NCBI GenBank assembly: GCA_050011555.1
Contig: JBEKIT010000005.1
Span: 36,379 to 100,378, forward strand
DNA: 64,000 bases
Direction of reading: 5' to 3'
Source: Candidatus Dormibacteria bacterium
GTDB taxonomy: Bacteria > Chloroflexota > Dormibacteria > Aeolococcales > Aeolococcaceae
Shown here: in pieces, positions 9,458-18,490 of the stretch
How the letters are laid out: each line of letters begins with the position of its first letter
Numbering within the stretch: position 1 is the first letter of the stretch
The notes under the pieces: generated by a model
What the model saw: the letters and a program-made list of their open reading frames with translations, nothing else
Told to the model about the DNA's origin: nothing
The model's database searches: none
Program-made: the position numbers and the translations under genes

Positions 9458-10297
9458 ATGCCAACCCTGGCCGTCCACGGGGGCGCCGGCCGGCTCGACC
9501 GGAGGGCCCGGCGCGCCGAGATCGACGCCGCCCTGGAGCGTGCCCTGGGCGCGGGCTTCGACGCCGCCGGCGGCGGGGCGCTGGACGCGGCGGTGGCGGC
9601 GGTCCGGGTCCTGGAGGACGACCCGCTGTTCAACGCGGGGACCGGCGCCGTGCTCACCGCGACCGGCGGGGTGGAGCTGGACGCCGCGGTGATGGTGGCC
9701 GCGGGGCTGCGCACCGGCGCGGTGGCCGGGGTCATCGACTTCGCCAACCCGGTGGAGCTGGCCCGCGCGGTGATGGAGGACGGCCGCCACGTGCTGCTGA
9801 GCGGCGCCGGGGCCTCGCGGTTCGGGATCGACTGCGGCCTCGCTCCGATCGATCCGGCTCGGCTGGCGGGCGCCGCCCGGCGGCAGGACGGCTCCCTGGG
9901 AGGCACGGTCGGGGCGGTCTGCCGCGACGACCGGGGGGCACTCGCGGTGGCCGTCTCCACCGGCGGCACGGCGGGCAAGCTGCCCGGGCGAGTGGGCGAC
10001 AGCGCGCTCTGCGGCGCCGGCTTCTACGCCGACCTCGCCGGGGCGGCCTGCGCCACCGGGCACGGCGAGGACTTCGTCCGCCTGGTGGGGTGCCGGCGGG
10101 CGGTCGAGCTGCTGGCCGGCGGGATGGACGCGCAGACCGCCGCCGACCGGCTCATCGAGGAGCTGGAGGCGAGGGTGAACGGGCTGGGCGGGATCATCGT
10201 CGTCGACTCCGCCGGCCGCCCGGGGGTCGCCCACAACGCCCCCTACATGTCCTGGGCCTGGCGGACCGCCGGCGGGTCGGCCCGCTGGTCGGACTGA
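9458..10297 (+). CDS. Isoaspartyl peptidase/L-asparaginase (Ntn-hydrolase, plant-type asparaginase family)
   Basis: MPTLAVHGGAG...DPLFNAGTGAVLT...GTVGAVCRD..GALAVAVSTGG...GDSALCGAG. The Thr nucleophile lies within GTVGAV. The internal ATG at 9458 was preferred over the track start at 9395. Confidence 0.8.
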   Translation: MPTLAVHGGAGRLDRRARRAEIDAALERALGAGFDAAGGGALDAAVAAVRVLEDDPLFNAGTGAVLTATGGVELDAAVMVAAGLRTGAVAGVIDFANPVELARAVMEDGRHVLLSGAGASRFGIDCGLAPIDPARLAGAARRQDGSLGGTVGAVCRDDRGALAVAVSTGGTAGKLPGRVGDSALCGAGFYADLAGAACATGHGEDFVRLVGCRRAVELLAGGMDAQTAADRLIEELEARVNGLGGIIVVDSAGRPGVAHNAPYMSWAWRTAGGSARWSD

Positions 10298-10397
10298 GGC
10301 TGGCCGGCTCTGGCTCGACCGGCGACCCATGGCTCGGCACCCAACCGGGCTGAGCGGACCACCGCACCGCGCCCACACGGTCCGAGCGACCCCGGAG

Positions 10398-10429
10398 GAG
10401 GGCCGGGACCGCTGCCGGCCTCGGCCCTC
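10398..10429. terminator. Putative bidirectional hairpin between convergent genes
   Basis: GAGGGCCG (10398-10405) and CGGCCCTC (10422-10429) form an 8-bp perfect inverted repeat. It lies between the convergent asparaginase (+) and membrane protein (-) genes. There is no clear U-tract, which is common in high-GC genomes. Confidence 0.3.
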
Positions 10430-10458
10430 CCGACCTGGGGGTTGAGGTTGAGATTGAT

Positions 10459-11103
10459 TCAGCTCTGAGGTGGGCCCTGCGGCGGGTAGGGTCCCTGTCC
10501 CTGGGGCGGGTACGGCCCCTGGGGGGGCTGCGGGTAGTTCGGCGGAGGCCCGTAGGGCGGGTAGCCGGCGGGAGCGGCGGAGGCCACCAGCGGCGCCTCG
10601 TCGGGGAACCTGCTGATCACCAGGAAGTAGTAGATGATCGCGTAGATGATCAGGTCGACGATGAAGTAGGTGATGCCGATCCCGAAGCCCCAGAGGATCG
10701 CGTAGATCAGCCAGCCGAAGGCCGCGCCCACCAGGCCGTAGACCATGAGGGCCTTGCCGCGGCGGATCCCCTGGTACATCTGGAAGCCGCCCCACGCGCC
10801 GACGCACATGGCGGCGAGCACGATCAGCGCGCCGATCCCGGCGATCGCCGAGCCGGTGGTCGAGTACAGCGAGCAGTCGACGCCGTGGACGGCGTTGCAC
10901 TCGGCGTTGGCCGCGGACTCGAAGCTGGACAGCGCCGACGAGACGGTGAAGGCGCCGATCATGACGAAGAGAGAGAGGATGGCCCCGATCGCCGCCAGGA
11001 TCCCGACCACCAGCCCGTAGGTCTTGGCCGGGACGTTCACCTTGAGCGGCGGATTGCTGGCGAAGGGCGGGTCCACCAGCGCGTTGTTCCACAGGTCTGC
11101 CAT
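10459..11103 (-). CDS. Hypothetical integral membrane protein with Pro/Tyr/Gln-rich C-terminal tail
   Basis: Several hydrophobic helices (LVVGILAAIGAILSLFVMIGAF, IAGIGALIVLAAMCVGAW, LMVYGLVGAAFGWLIYAILWGFGIGITYFIVDLIIYAIIYYFLV). The tail reads PPYGPPPNYPQPPQGPYPPQGQGPYPPQGPPQS. High GC3. Confidence 0.6.
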   Translation of the reverse strand: MADLWNNALVDPPFASNPPLKVNVPAKTYGLVVGILAAIGAILSLFVMIGAFTVSSALSSFESAANAECNAVHGVDCSLYSTTGSAIAGIGALIVLAAMCVGAWGGFQMYQGIRRGKALMVYGLVGAAFGWLIYAILWGFGIGITYFIVDLIIYAIIYYFLVISRFPDEAPLVASAAPAGYPPYGPPPNYPQPPQGPYPPQGQGPYPPQGPPQS

Positions 11104-11283
11104 AGGGTTACCTCCAGGTCTCTTGGCGTGATGTCACGCATGGACGCATTGCGCACGGCGCGCCGGCCCCCCCGGCCGGCGCGGTCTCCGTCAGCACGAC
11201 CCCCACCCGCGGTGGGGCATCCCCTCTCGCTCTCGGAGCATCCCTCCCCCTCTCGGAGCGGCTCCGGCGTCATCCCCCGACAT

Positions 11284-11514
11284 TCAATCGACCTCCCCGG
11301 CGGGCAAGACCAGCAGGGTGTCGAGCTTGGCCTGCGCCAGCTCCAGCAGGTTGGGCACCGCCTCCAGCGGCAGATCCAGCCGGGCGGCGATGGCGGCGTT
11401 GTCGGCACCCTGGTCGCGCAGGCGCAGCGCCTCCGCGTAGGCCGGGGTGAGCGTCGCCAGGGCCGTCTCCCGGTCCATGATCGCCAGGGTAGGGATCGCC
11501 GCCGCCGGAGTCAT
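11284..11514 (-). CDS. Small HTH protein (sigma-70 region-4/LuxR-like)
   Basis: LTPAYAEALRLRDQGADNAAIAARLDLPLEAVPNLLELAQAKL resembles a region-4 HTH. The start could be 11514 or the internal MDRETAL. Confidence 0.45.
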   Translation of the reverse strand: MTPAAAIPTLAIMDRETALATLTPAYAEALRLRDQGADNAAIAARLDLPLEAVPNLLELAQAKLDTLLVLPAGEVD

Positions 11515-11559
11515 GAGTACCCGGGTACCCAGCCGCGAGCCGCGGCCCCCTGCGGGTAC

Positions 11560-14280
11560 TCAGTGGACGGATTCAGTACTCAGGTCAGGCTGCCGGTCCG
11601 ATTCCGGGATCGTGCCCAGGATGGCGGCGAGCTGGGCCCGCGAGCTGACGCCCAGCTTGGAGTAGGCCTGCTGGAGATGGTTCTCGACGGTGCGCACCGA
11701 CAGCCCGAGGCGGGCGGCGACGTCGGCGCTGCTCGCGCCCCCGGACGCCATCCGGGCCACCTGGAGCTCGCGGTCGGTGAGGGTGCCGCGGGTGGAGATG
11801 CGGCCGAGTGCCGGGGATCGGCTCCCCTCGCAGTCCGCCGCCAGCGCCGCACTGCGCAGCATCGGGACCCGGGCCCGGTTCGGCACCCCGGCCCGGCGGT
11901 GGGCGTCGGCCGCCTCCGCCGCCGCCTCGGCCGCGAAGAGGATCAGACCGATCCGCTCGAACTCGACCGAGGCGCGCTCCAGGCCCGTGGCGTCGGCCTC
12001 GACCAGGGCCTGCACGTGAGCCGCGAGAGCGGGGACGAGCTCCCCCTCGCACTCGCCAGCGAGGCTGCGCAGCCGCTCATCCCCGGAGGGATCACCGAGG
12101 CGGGCGGCATCGTGGAGCGCCCACGCCTCGAGCGGGCGGAAGCCGGCCCGGCGCCAGCCGTCAGCGGCACGGAGCGCGGCGGGAGCCGCTGCGGTGGCGT
12201 CGTCGCGGGCCCAGAGGACCCAGGCCTCACTGAGCTCGACCCAGGGCAGCTCGCTCGGCGGGGCGACGACCGCGGCGCGCGCGGCGGCGAGAGCCGTTCC
12301 GGCACGCTGCAGGTCGCCGCGGAGGCAGTGGGCCTGGGCCAGCGCTCCCTCGAGGGCCGCCAGCTGGCCACCGCCGGCCATGTAACGAGTGCAGATGGCG
12401 GTGCCCTCCTCGAGCCACGCCCTGGCCGTCCTGGTCCTCCCGGTCAGCAGCGCGGCCCAGCCCACCAGCCCGGTCCAGTAGCCGCGCAGCGGCTCCAGGC
12501 TGGCCTCGACCAGCCGGTCGTGGATCTCCTCGGCCAGCCGCTGCGCCTCGGGGACGAGCCCCGCGAACCAGAGGGCGTTCCACCTCCCGATGAGCAGGTT
12601 GGAACGGGTTGAGAGCAGCTCGGGACTGTCCCGGAGCAGCTCCATGCCGGAGTCCAGGGCGGTGATCGCCTGCAGCGGCCGGCCTGAGAAGGCGAGGGCC
12701 AGGCCGAGGATGCCGATGGCGCCGATCCTCACCGGGAGCGCCGCGTCCACGTTCTCGACCACCGCCGTGCTCAGCTCCACGGCGGCCTCGGGGCGGCCGG
12801 CCGAGAACTCGAAGAGGGCGCGGGTCACCGCCAGCTCGTGACCGGCGGGGCCTTCGGGGATGCCGGCGGCCGCATCCCGGAGGACGGCGAGGGCGCGCTC
12901 GCCGCGGCCCAGGCCGAACTGGAGGTTCTGGGCGCTGGTGAGGGACAGCTCGGCCCGCTGCTCGGCCCCCTCGGGTTGGGCGGCGTCGAGGACCGCCTGG
13001 GCCTCCAGCGGCCGGCGCAACCCAGTCATGGCCCGGGAGAGGACGATCTCGGCGGGGAAGCCGCCGCCCGCGTCGACCGCCGCCTGCGCCAGTGCCTCGG
13101 CGGTGTCGAAGCGCCCCGAGCCCAGCATCCAGCGGGCCGCCGCGAGGGCGGCGTCGGCATTGACCCGCTGGCCGGCTTCGAGCCTGATCATGGCCAGCCG
13201 GCTGGGGTCGTCCCCGCGCCGCAGGGGGGTCGCCTCGAGGGCGTCGCCGAGGCGCCCCAGCAGCTCGCGCCTGCGCAGCGGGGTCAGCCCCCCCCGCAGC
13301 GCCTCGGCGTAGAGCGGATGGGCGAGCCTCACCTGCCAGCGCCGGTGGTACTTCTCGTTTACCGTGGTGGTGGTGATCACGCCCGCCGCCTCGAGGTCCC
13401 GGATCACGGCCGGTACCACCAGACGCTCCAGCACGTCGAGCGGGAGCGGCTCAGCGAGGGCCAGCGCCTCGGCCGCCTCGCGCTGGGGCCGCGAGAGGGG
13501 CCGGAGACGCTGCTCGATGGCCTCGAGCGGGCCCCCGGCCGCCACCGGCTCCCCCTCCCACCGCCAGAGACCGTCCCGCTCCGCCAGGGCGCCGGATTCG
13601 AGCCCGATCTCGACCAGCTCGTGGAGGAAGAGCGCGTTGCCCTGGCTCAGCCGGCCGAGCTCGCGCCGGGTGCCCGCGTCGACGTGACCGTCGAGCACCT
13701 GGCCGAGCAGCGCCTCCACCTCGGTGCGGGAGAGGGGCTGGAGCTCGATCCAGCCGATCGCCCCCTCCTTGCGGAGCCCCATGATCGAGTCGGGCAGCGG
13801 CTCGCCGGAGCGGGCGGTGAGCAGGAGCGATGCCGTCTGGGTGCTCGCCAGCTGGTGGAGGAGCGCGGCGGACGCGGCGTCGAGGAGCTGCGCGTCATCG
13901 ACGGAGACCACCATCCGCCCACTCCCGCGCTCCTGGCGCAGCCCCCGCACGCTGTGACGGAGGACGTCGAGAGGGCTCATCGAGAGGGCCTCCGGGAGCA
14001 GCGGCGCGAGCGGGCCGAAGGGGATGGTCGCCGCGGCCCGGGTGGCGGTGACCTCCCTGACCAGCCAGCCGTCGCGGCGGAGCCGGGTCAGAGCCTCGGC
14101 GCGGAGCCGGGTCTTGCCGACCCCGGAGGCGCCCGCGATGATGACGCCGCACGAGGCGGGACGCTCCAGCTCTCGAGCGAGCAGGGCCAGCTCCTCGTGC
14201 CGACCGACAAGGGGCCAGGGCGACCGGCTGGCGGTGGGCGGCATGTGTGCTGACGAGGATTGTGCCAGCGTCGGACCCAC
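11560..14280 (-). CDS. LuxR-family large ATP-binding transcriptional regulator (LAL/MalT-like)
   Basis: N-terminal P-loop GVIIAGASGVGKTRL, a long helical/TPR-like middle, and a C-terminal GerE/LuxR HTH (RELQVARMASGGASSADVAARLGLSVRTVENHLQQAYSKLGVSSRAQL). Confidence 0.85.
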   Translation of the reverse strand: MGPTLAQSSSAHMPPTASRSPWPLVGRHEELALLARELERPASCGVIIAGASGVGKTRLRAEALTRLRRDGWLVREVTATRAAATIPFGPLAPLLPEALSMSPLDVLRHSVRGLRQERGSGRMVVSVDDAQLLDAASAALLHQLASTQTASLLLTARSGEPLPDSIMGLRKEGAIGWIELQPLSRTEVEALLGQVLDGHVDAGTRRELGRLSQGNALFLHELVEIGLESGALAERDGLWRWEGEPVAAGGPLEAIEQRLRPLSRPQREAAEALALAEPLPLDVLERLVVPAVIRDLEAAGVITTTTVNEKYHRRWQVRLAHPLYAEALRGGLTPLRRRELLGRLGDALEATPLRRGDDPSRLAMIRLEAGQRVNADAALAAARWMLGSGRFDTAEALAQAAVDAGGGFPAEIVLSRAMTGLRRPLEAQAVLDAAQPEGAEQRAELSLTSAQNLQFGLGRGERALAVLRDAAAGIPEGPAGHELAVTRALFEFSAGRPEAAVELSTAVVENVDAALPVRIGAIGILGLALAFSGRPLQAITALDSGMELLRDSPELLSTRSNLLIGRWNALWFAGLVPEAQRLAEEIHDRLVEASLEPLRGYWTGLVGWAALLTGRTRTARAWLEEGTAICTRYMAGGGQLAALEGALAQAHCLRGDLQRAGTALAAARAAVVAPPSELPWVELSEAWVLWARDDATAAAPAALRAADGWRRAGFRPLEAWALHDAARLGDPSGDERLRSLAGECEGELVPALAAHVQALVEADATGLERASVEFERIGLILFAAEAAAEAADAHRRAGVPNRARVPMLRSAALAADCEGSRSPALGRISTRGTLTDRELQVARMASGGASSADVAARLGLSVRTVENHLQQAYSKLGVSSRAQLAAILGTIPESDRQPDLSTESVH

Positions 14281-14322
14281 CGGTCGAGCACGGCCCGTGC
14301 GGTGAGGTCTCGGTGGCCCTCC

Positions 14323-15201
14323 TCAGTACTGGTCCTCCGGGCGCACGTCCTCGTCGGTGTCGTCCTCCTCCTCGACGTCCTCGAGCGGCGCGGGCTCCTC
14401 GTACTCCTCGGCGGCGGCCAGCGGCTCCAGCTCCTCCCCTGGCTCCGGGGTCGCGGCCACCTCGTCGTCATCGTCGTCGGCGTCCCCGAGGTCGGCCTCG
14501 TCGATGCCGCGCTGGGCGAGCAGGGAATCCTTGGCGTAAGGGCGGAACTCCTCGCGCTTCTGGCGGCTAACCGGGAAGGACGACTTGCGGGCGTTTTCGG
14601 CGGACTGGAAGGCCTCGCGGATGATGATCTCGATCTGGCTCTCGTCGACCCTTGCGACGACCGCGGTGTAGCGGTTGCCGTTCCCCATCAGGGGCACCAG
14701 CCGCCGGGCGATCTTGCTGTCGACGTCGCCGAGCACGACACCACGGGCGGTCTGAGCCTGGAGACCGCCGTCCTGGAGGTGGAGCTCGACGACGTCGCCG
14801 GGTGCCACCACCGCGATCACCCCCGAGCGCGGCGGGTTGAGCACGGTGAGCGCGCTCTTACCCGGCTCCTCGGCGAAGAGGTCGACATCGATGGCGCCCT
14901 TGGCCCCGCCCAGCTTGGCCCGGCTGTCGAGGAGCAGCTGGAGCTTGCGGACGTTCTTCTGGGCGATGACGTTCAACGGGTTGAGCTGGAGCGCCTGCGA
15001 GTAGGCGTCCAGAGCCGGCTGGTGCTCGCCGAGCTCGGTCAGCGCCTTGCCGATCCGGTTGTAGGTCTCGTCGTCACCACCATGGCGATCGATGAGGGCC
15101 CGATTGATGGCGACGGCATCCTGCCACCGGCTCTCCAGCGCTGCCTGAATCGCCTCTTCGACATACAGGCTGCGCGGCTTGACACGTTCGGCTTCCGTCA
15201 C
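14323..15201 (-). CDS. TPR-repeat protein with highly acidic C-terminal tail
   Basis: N-terminal TPR-like helices (YNRIGKALTELGEHQPALDAYSQALQLNPLNVIAQKN). The C-terminus is a D/E-rich tail (DEADLGDADDDDDEVAATPEPGEELEPLAAAEEYEEPAPLEDVEEEDDTDEDVRPEDQY). GTG start with a GAGGGAG RBS. Confidence 0.65.
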   Translation of the reverse strand: MTEAERVKPRSLYVEEAIQAALESRWQDAVAINRALIDRHGGDDETYNRIGKALTELGEHQPALDAYSQALQLNPLNVIAQKNVRKLQLLLDSRAKLGGAKGAIDVDLFAEEPGKSALTVLNPPRSGVIAVVAPGDVVELHLQDGGLQAQTARGVVLGDVDSKIARRLVPLMGNGNRYTAVVARVDESQIEIIIREAFQSAENARKSSFPVSRQKREEFRPYAKDSLLAQRGIDEADLGDADDDDDEVAATPEPGEELEPLAAAEEYEEPAPLEDVEEEDDTDEDVRPEDQY

Positions 15202-15256
15202 GTACGACTCCCTCAGCTTGGTAATCCGATCGCTCAGCCCGCCGCCGAGATCGGCT

Positions 15257-15283
15257 TTGGCAACGTGCAGGGTCCGCTATGAT
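15257..15283 (+). promoter_or_regulatory. Putative sigma-A-type promoter upstream of parA-like gene
   Basis: TTGGCA (15257-62), a 15-nt spacer, then TATGAT (15278-83). It lies in the divergent intergenic region between the TPR gene and the ParA-like gene. Confidence 0.3.
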
Positions 15284-15345
15284 ACCGGCTCAGTGCGGCG
15301 CATCTGTTCGACAGCATTTTCTACCCCCGCTGCCCAGGTCCCTCT

Positions 15346-16179
15346 GTGAGCCGGGTCATAGCCATCGCCAACCAGAAGGGCGGCGTCGGCAAGACCACCA
15401 CCGCCGTCAACCTGGCCGCCGCGCTCGCCGAGGCCGGAGCCCGGGTGCTCGCCGTGGATCTCGACCCCCAGGGCCACCTGACCATCAACATGGGGGTCCG
15501 CCGGCCCGACGAGCTCGAGGTGACCGTCTACAACATCCTCACCGAGCCGTCCACCACCGCGGCCGAGGCCCGGCTCCGCTCCGAGCCGATCGGGCTCGAC
15601 TTCCTCCCCGCCAACATCGAGCTCTCCGGCGCGGAGCTCCAGCTGGTCACCGAGTTCGGCCGCGAGTCGGTGCTTCAGGAGAAGCTGACCCCGCTGCTGC
15701 CCGAGTTCGACTTCGCGGTCATCGACTGCCCACCCTCGCTTGGCCTGCTCTGCGTCAACGCCCTCGTCGTCGCCACCGAGGTGATCATCCCGCTCCAGTG
15801 CGAGTACTTCGGGATGAAGGGGATGCAGCAGCTCCAGCGGACCATCGACCGGGTCCGGGCAAAGCTCAACCCGCAGCTCACCATCGCCGGCATCCTCCCC
15901 ACCATCTACAAGCCGCGCACCCTGCACAGCCAGGAGGTCCTCGAGCTGGTCAAGGAGCGCTACGGCGACCAGGTCTTCGACGTCCGGGTCGACGCGTCGA
16001 TCCGCTTCGCCGAGACCCCCCTGGCCGGGCTCTCCATCCTTCAGTACGCCCCCGAGTCGCCCGGCGCCAGGGCCTACCGCAGCCTCGCCCGCACCGTGAT
16101 GGCGCGCGGCGCCGAGCAACCCGCCGCCAAGGAGGAGGCGGCACCGGCACGATCCGGGGCACGGGCAGGGCGCCCGTGA
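15346..16179 (+). CDS. ParA/Soj-family partition ATPase (orphan; no ParB adjacent)
   Basis: Deviant Walker A in MSRVIAIANQKGGVGKTTTAVNLAAALAEAG, plus VLAVDLDPQGHLT and DCPPSLGLL motifs. Confidence 0.9.
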   Translation: MSRVIAIANQKGGVGKTTTAVNLAAALAEAGARVLAVDLDPQGHLTINMGVRRPDELEVTVYNILTEPSTTAAEARLRSEPIGLDFLPANIELSGAELQLVTEFGRESVLQEKLTPLLPEFDFAVIDCPPSLGLLCVNALVVATEVIIPLQCEYFGMKGMQQLQRTIDRVRAKLNPQLTIAGILPTIYKPRTLHSQEVLELVKERYGDQVFDVRVDASIRFAETPLAGLSILQYAPESPGARAYRSLARTVMARGAEQPAAKEEAAPARSGARAGRP

Positions 16180-16463
16180 TGCCGGGCTTCCGTCGCGCCC
16201 AGCTGCGGGGCTCGGACGAGCTGTTCCGCAGCACCGACGAGGCCGCCCCGGTCGAGCCCGCCCTCCCCGAGCCTCCGGTCCACCCGGTGCCGGCGGCGCC
16301 GACGCACAACCTGCGCTCGGTGCGCCTCAGCGAGGAGGAGATCGAGCTGCTGGCGGAGGCGGTCCAGCACCTCAAGTTCCCCGGCAAGACGCCCGCCCGG
16401 CCATCGATCGGGGATTTCGAGAGCCTCGAGGCCCTGCGCCAGAAGCTGCTCCGCGTCCTGTAG
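16179..16463 (+). CDS. Small acidic hypothetical protein translationally coupled to ParA (candidate ParA partner)
   Basis: Its ATG overlaps the parA TGA (TGATG). 94 aa: MPGFRRAQLRGSDELFRSTDEAAPVEPALPEPPVHP...LSEEEIELLAEAVQHLKFPGKTPARPSIGDFESLEALRQKLLRVL. High GC3. Confidence 0.5.
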   Translation: MPGFRRAQLRGSDELFRSTDEAAPVEPALPEPPVHPVPAAPTHNLRSVRLSEEEIELLAEAVQHLKFPGKTPARPSIGDFESLEALRQKLLRVL

Positions 16464-16609
16464 ACGGAGCCCGCGACCGCGGCACGCGCACAGCGGCGCC
16501 CACAGCGGTGCCCGCGCATCTTTCCAAGCGCGGAAAAGCCTGATAGGTTGGGCGGGTGGGCGGCCGCCGGAGGCGGCGGGCGCGGAGGGATCGGAGGAAG
16601 GAGAGAGGA

Positions 16610-18082
16610 ATGAGAGCATCGCGAGCTTCCGCGCTTGCCCAGATGGTGGCCACGGGCGCCATCGCCATCCTGGGCGGAGGGACGGCCGCCGCGGTCCCGG
16701 TGGCCGCGGCCGCGATCCGGATGATCCCGGCCTCGGAGGGACACATCCTGTCAATGGGCAACCTCGCCGCGCCGCCGACCACCGCCGACTGCGAGGCGAC
16801 CTACCACATCGCCTGCTACCAGCCGTTCCAGGTCCGGCGGGCGTACGACCTCCAGCCGCTCTACGCCCAGGGTGTCGAGGGCCAGGGGGAGACCATCGTC
16901 GTCGTGGACGCCTTCGGCTCGCCGACCATCCGCGAGGACCTGGCCAGGTTCGACCAGGACTTCGGGCTTCCGGCCCCGCCCTCGTTCCAGGTGGTCCAGC
17001 CGGAGGGACCGGTGCCCTCCTGCGGCTACGACCCCTTCGGGGCCAGCGACTGCTACGGCTGGGGCACCGAGACGAGCCTCGACGTGGAGTGGGCGCACAC
17101 CATGGCGCCTGACGCCAACATCGTGCTGGTCGAGACCCCCACCTCGGAGACCGAGGGGCTGCAGGGCTTCCCCGACATCGTCGCCGCCGAGAACTGGGTG
17201 GTCGACCACCACATCGGTGACGTCATCACCCAGAGCTTCGGGGCCACCGAGCAGACCTTCTCCAGCCCGGCGCAGATCTACGGGCTGCGCAGCGCGTACT
17301 TCAACGCGGCCGCCAACGGGGTCACGGTCCTGGCGGCGAGTGGGGACCAGGGGTCAACCGACTACCTCTCCACCAGCACCTGCTGCTACGCCACCCGGGC
17401 CATCGACTGGCCCTCCTCCGATCCGCTGGTGACCGCGGTCGGCGGGACCCAGCTCCACCTCAACGCCTACGGCGGGCAGATCGCCCCGGCCAGCGTCTGG
17501 AACGACTCCAGCACGACCATCGGCATCCCGGGCCCGGCCTACACCTGGGGAGCCGGCGGGGGCGGGCTCTCGACCGTCTTCTCGCGGCCCGCCTTCCAGA
17601 ACGGGGTGGCGAGCGTGGTCGGCAACTCCCGGGGCACCCCTGACATCGCGATGAGCGCGGCGGTCAACGGCGCCGTCGACTTCTTCCAGTCCACCGCCTA
17701 CTACTACGTCGGCGGGGTGCGCACCGAGTTCCAGGGCGGCTGGAGCATCGTGGGCGGCACCAGCGAGGCCAGCCCGCTCTTCTCCGGGATCGTGGCCCTC
17801 GCCGACCAGGAGGCCGGGCACAGCCTCGGCTACATCAACCCCGAGCTGTACGCGCTGGCCGAGCACGGCGGTGACAACGGCATCGTGCCGATCACCAGCG
17901 GCAACAACACCTTCACCTTCTGCATCGCCGCCGACGTCGAAAGCAACGACGAGTGCGAGAGCAGCAGCGACCTGAGGACCGTCCCCGGATTCCAGGCGGA
18001 CGGCTCGTTCAGCGACGCCACCGGCTGGGGGACGGTGGACGCAGCAAGGTTCGTCCCGGCCCTGGCCAGGGGCGCGGCCTAG
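16610..18082 (+). CDS. Secreted S53 (sedolisin/kumamolisin-type) serine peptidase
   Basis: ATG at 16610 with a GGAGGAAGGAGAGAGG RBS and a signal peptide (MRASRASALAQMVATGAIAILGGGTAAAVPVAAAA). Catalytic motifs: ASGDQGSTDY and GGTSEASPLFSGIVALADQ (the SGD and GGTS signatures of S53). Confidence 0.8.
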   Translation: MRASRASALAQMVATGAIAILGGGTAAAVPVAAAAIRMIPASEGHILSMGNLAAPPTTADCEATYHIACYQPFQVRRAYDLQPLYAQGVEGQGETIVVVDAFGSPTIREDLARFDQDFGLPAPPSFQVVQPEGPVPSCGYDPFGASDCYGWGTETSLDVEWAHTMAPDANIVLVETPTSETEGLQGFPDIVAAENWVVDHHIGDVITQSFGATEQTFSSPAQIYGLRSAYFNAAANGVTVLAASGDQGSTDYLSTSTCCYATRAIDWPSSDPLVTAVGGTQLHLNAYGGQIAPASVWNDSSTTIGIPGPAYTWGAGGGGLSTVFSRPAFQNGVASVVGNSRGTPDIAMSAAVNGAVDFFQSTAYYYVGGVRTEFQGGWSIVGGTSEASPLFSGIVALADQEAGHSLGYINPELYALAEHGGDNGIVPITSGNNTFTFCIAADVESNDECESSSDLRTVPGFQADGSFSDATGWGTVDAARFVPALARGAA

Positions 18083-18183
18083 CCGCCACCCCGGCCTGAT
18101 CAGCACCCACGCGCGGCGTGAGGCGGTCGCCCTGAGGGCGGCCGTCTCACCGCTCGCCGGGCCGGTCTGCTAGGTTGCCCGGG

Positions 18184-18471
18184 ATGGTGATCGGAACCCT
18201 CGTCCTGCGCCTCCAGGTCCCGGAGAGCGGCTCGCTCAAGGAGAAACGCCAGGTGGTCCGCTCCCTGGTCGCCCGGGTGCGCCGGACCTTCGACGTCGCG
18301 ATCGCGGAGGTGGGTGACCAGGACCTCTGGCAGGCGGTGGAGCTGGGGGTGGCGTGCGTCTCGAACAACGCCCGCCACGCCGACGAGGTCTGCCAGAAGG
18401 TGCTCAACTACGTGGCCTCCGACGGTGAGGCCCTGCTCACCGACTCGAGGTTCGAGATCCTCCGCCTGTGA
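18184..18471 (+). CDS. DUF503 (YlxP-like) family protein
   Basis: MVIGTLVLRLQVPESGSLKEKRQVVRSLVARVRRTFDVAIAEVGDQDLWQ is the characteristic DUF503 N-terminus. TAGGTT at 18171-76 lies immediately upstream, so the transcript may be leaderless. The track start is 18175 (TTG). Confidence 0.7.
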   Translation: MVIGTLVLRLQVPESGSLKEKRQVVRSLVARVRRTFDVAIAEVGDQDLWQAVELGVACVSNNARHADEVCQKVLNYVASDGEALLTDSRFEILRL

Positions 18472-18490
18472 ACGTTGAGTTGTCGCGCCG

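Noticed and set aside
15279-16463. 394-aa plus-strand ORF spanning the parA region
   Set aside because: Only its last 94 codons (16179-16463) look protein-like. The rest is out of frame with ParA, whose Walker motifs are unambiguous.
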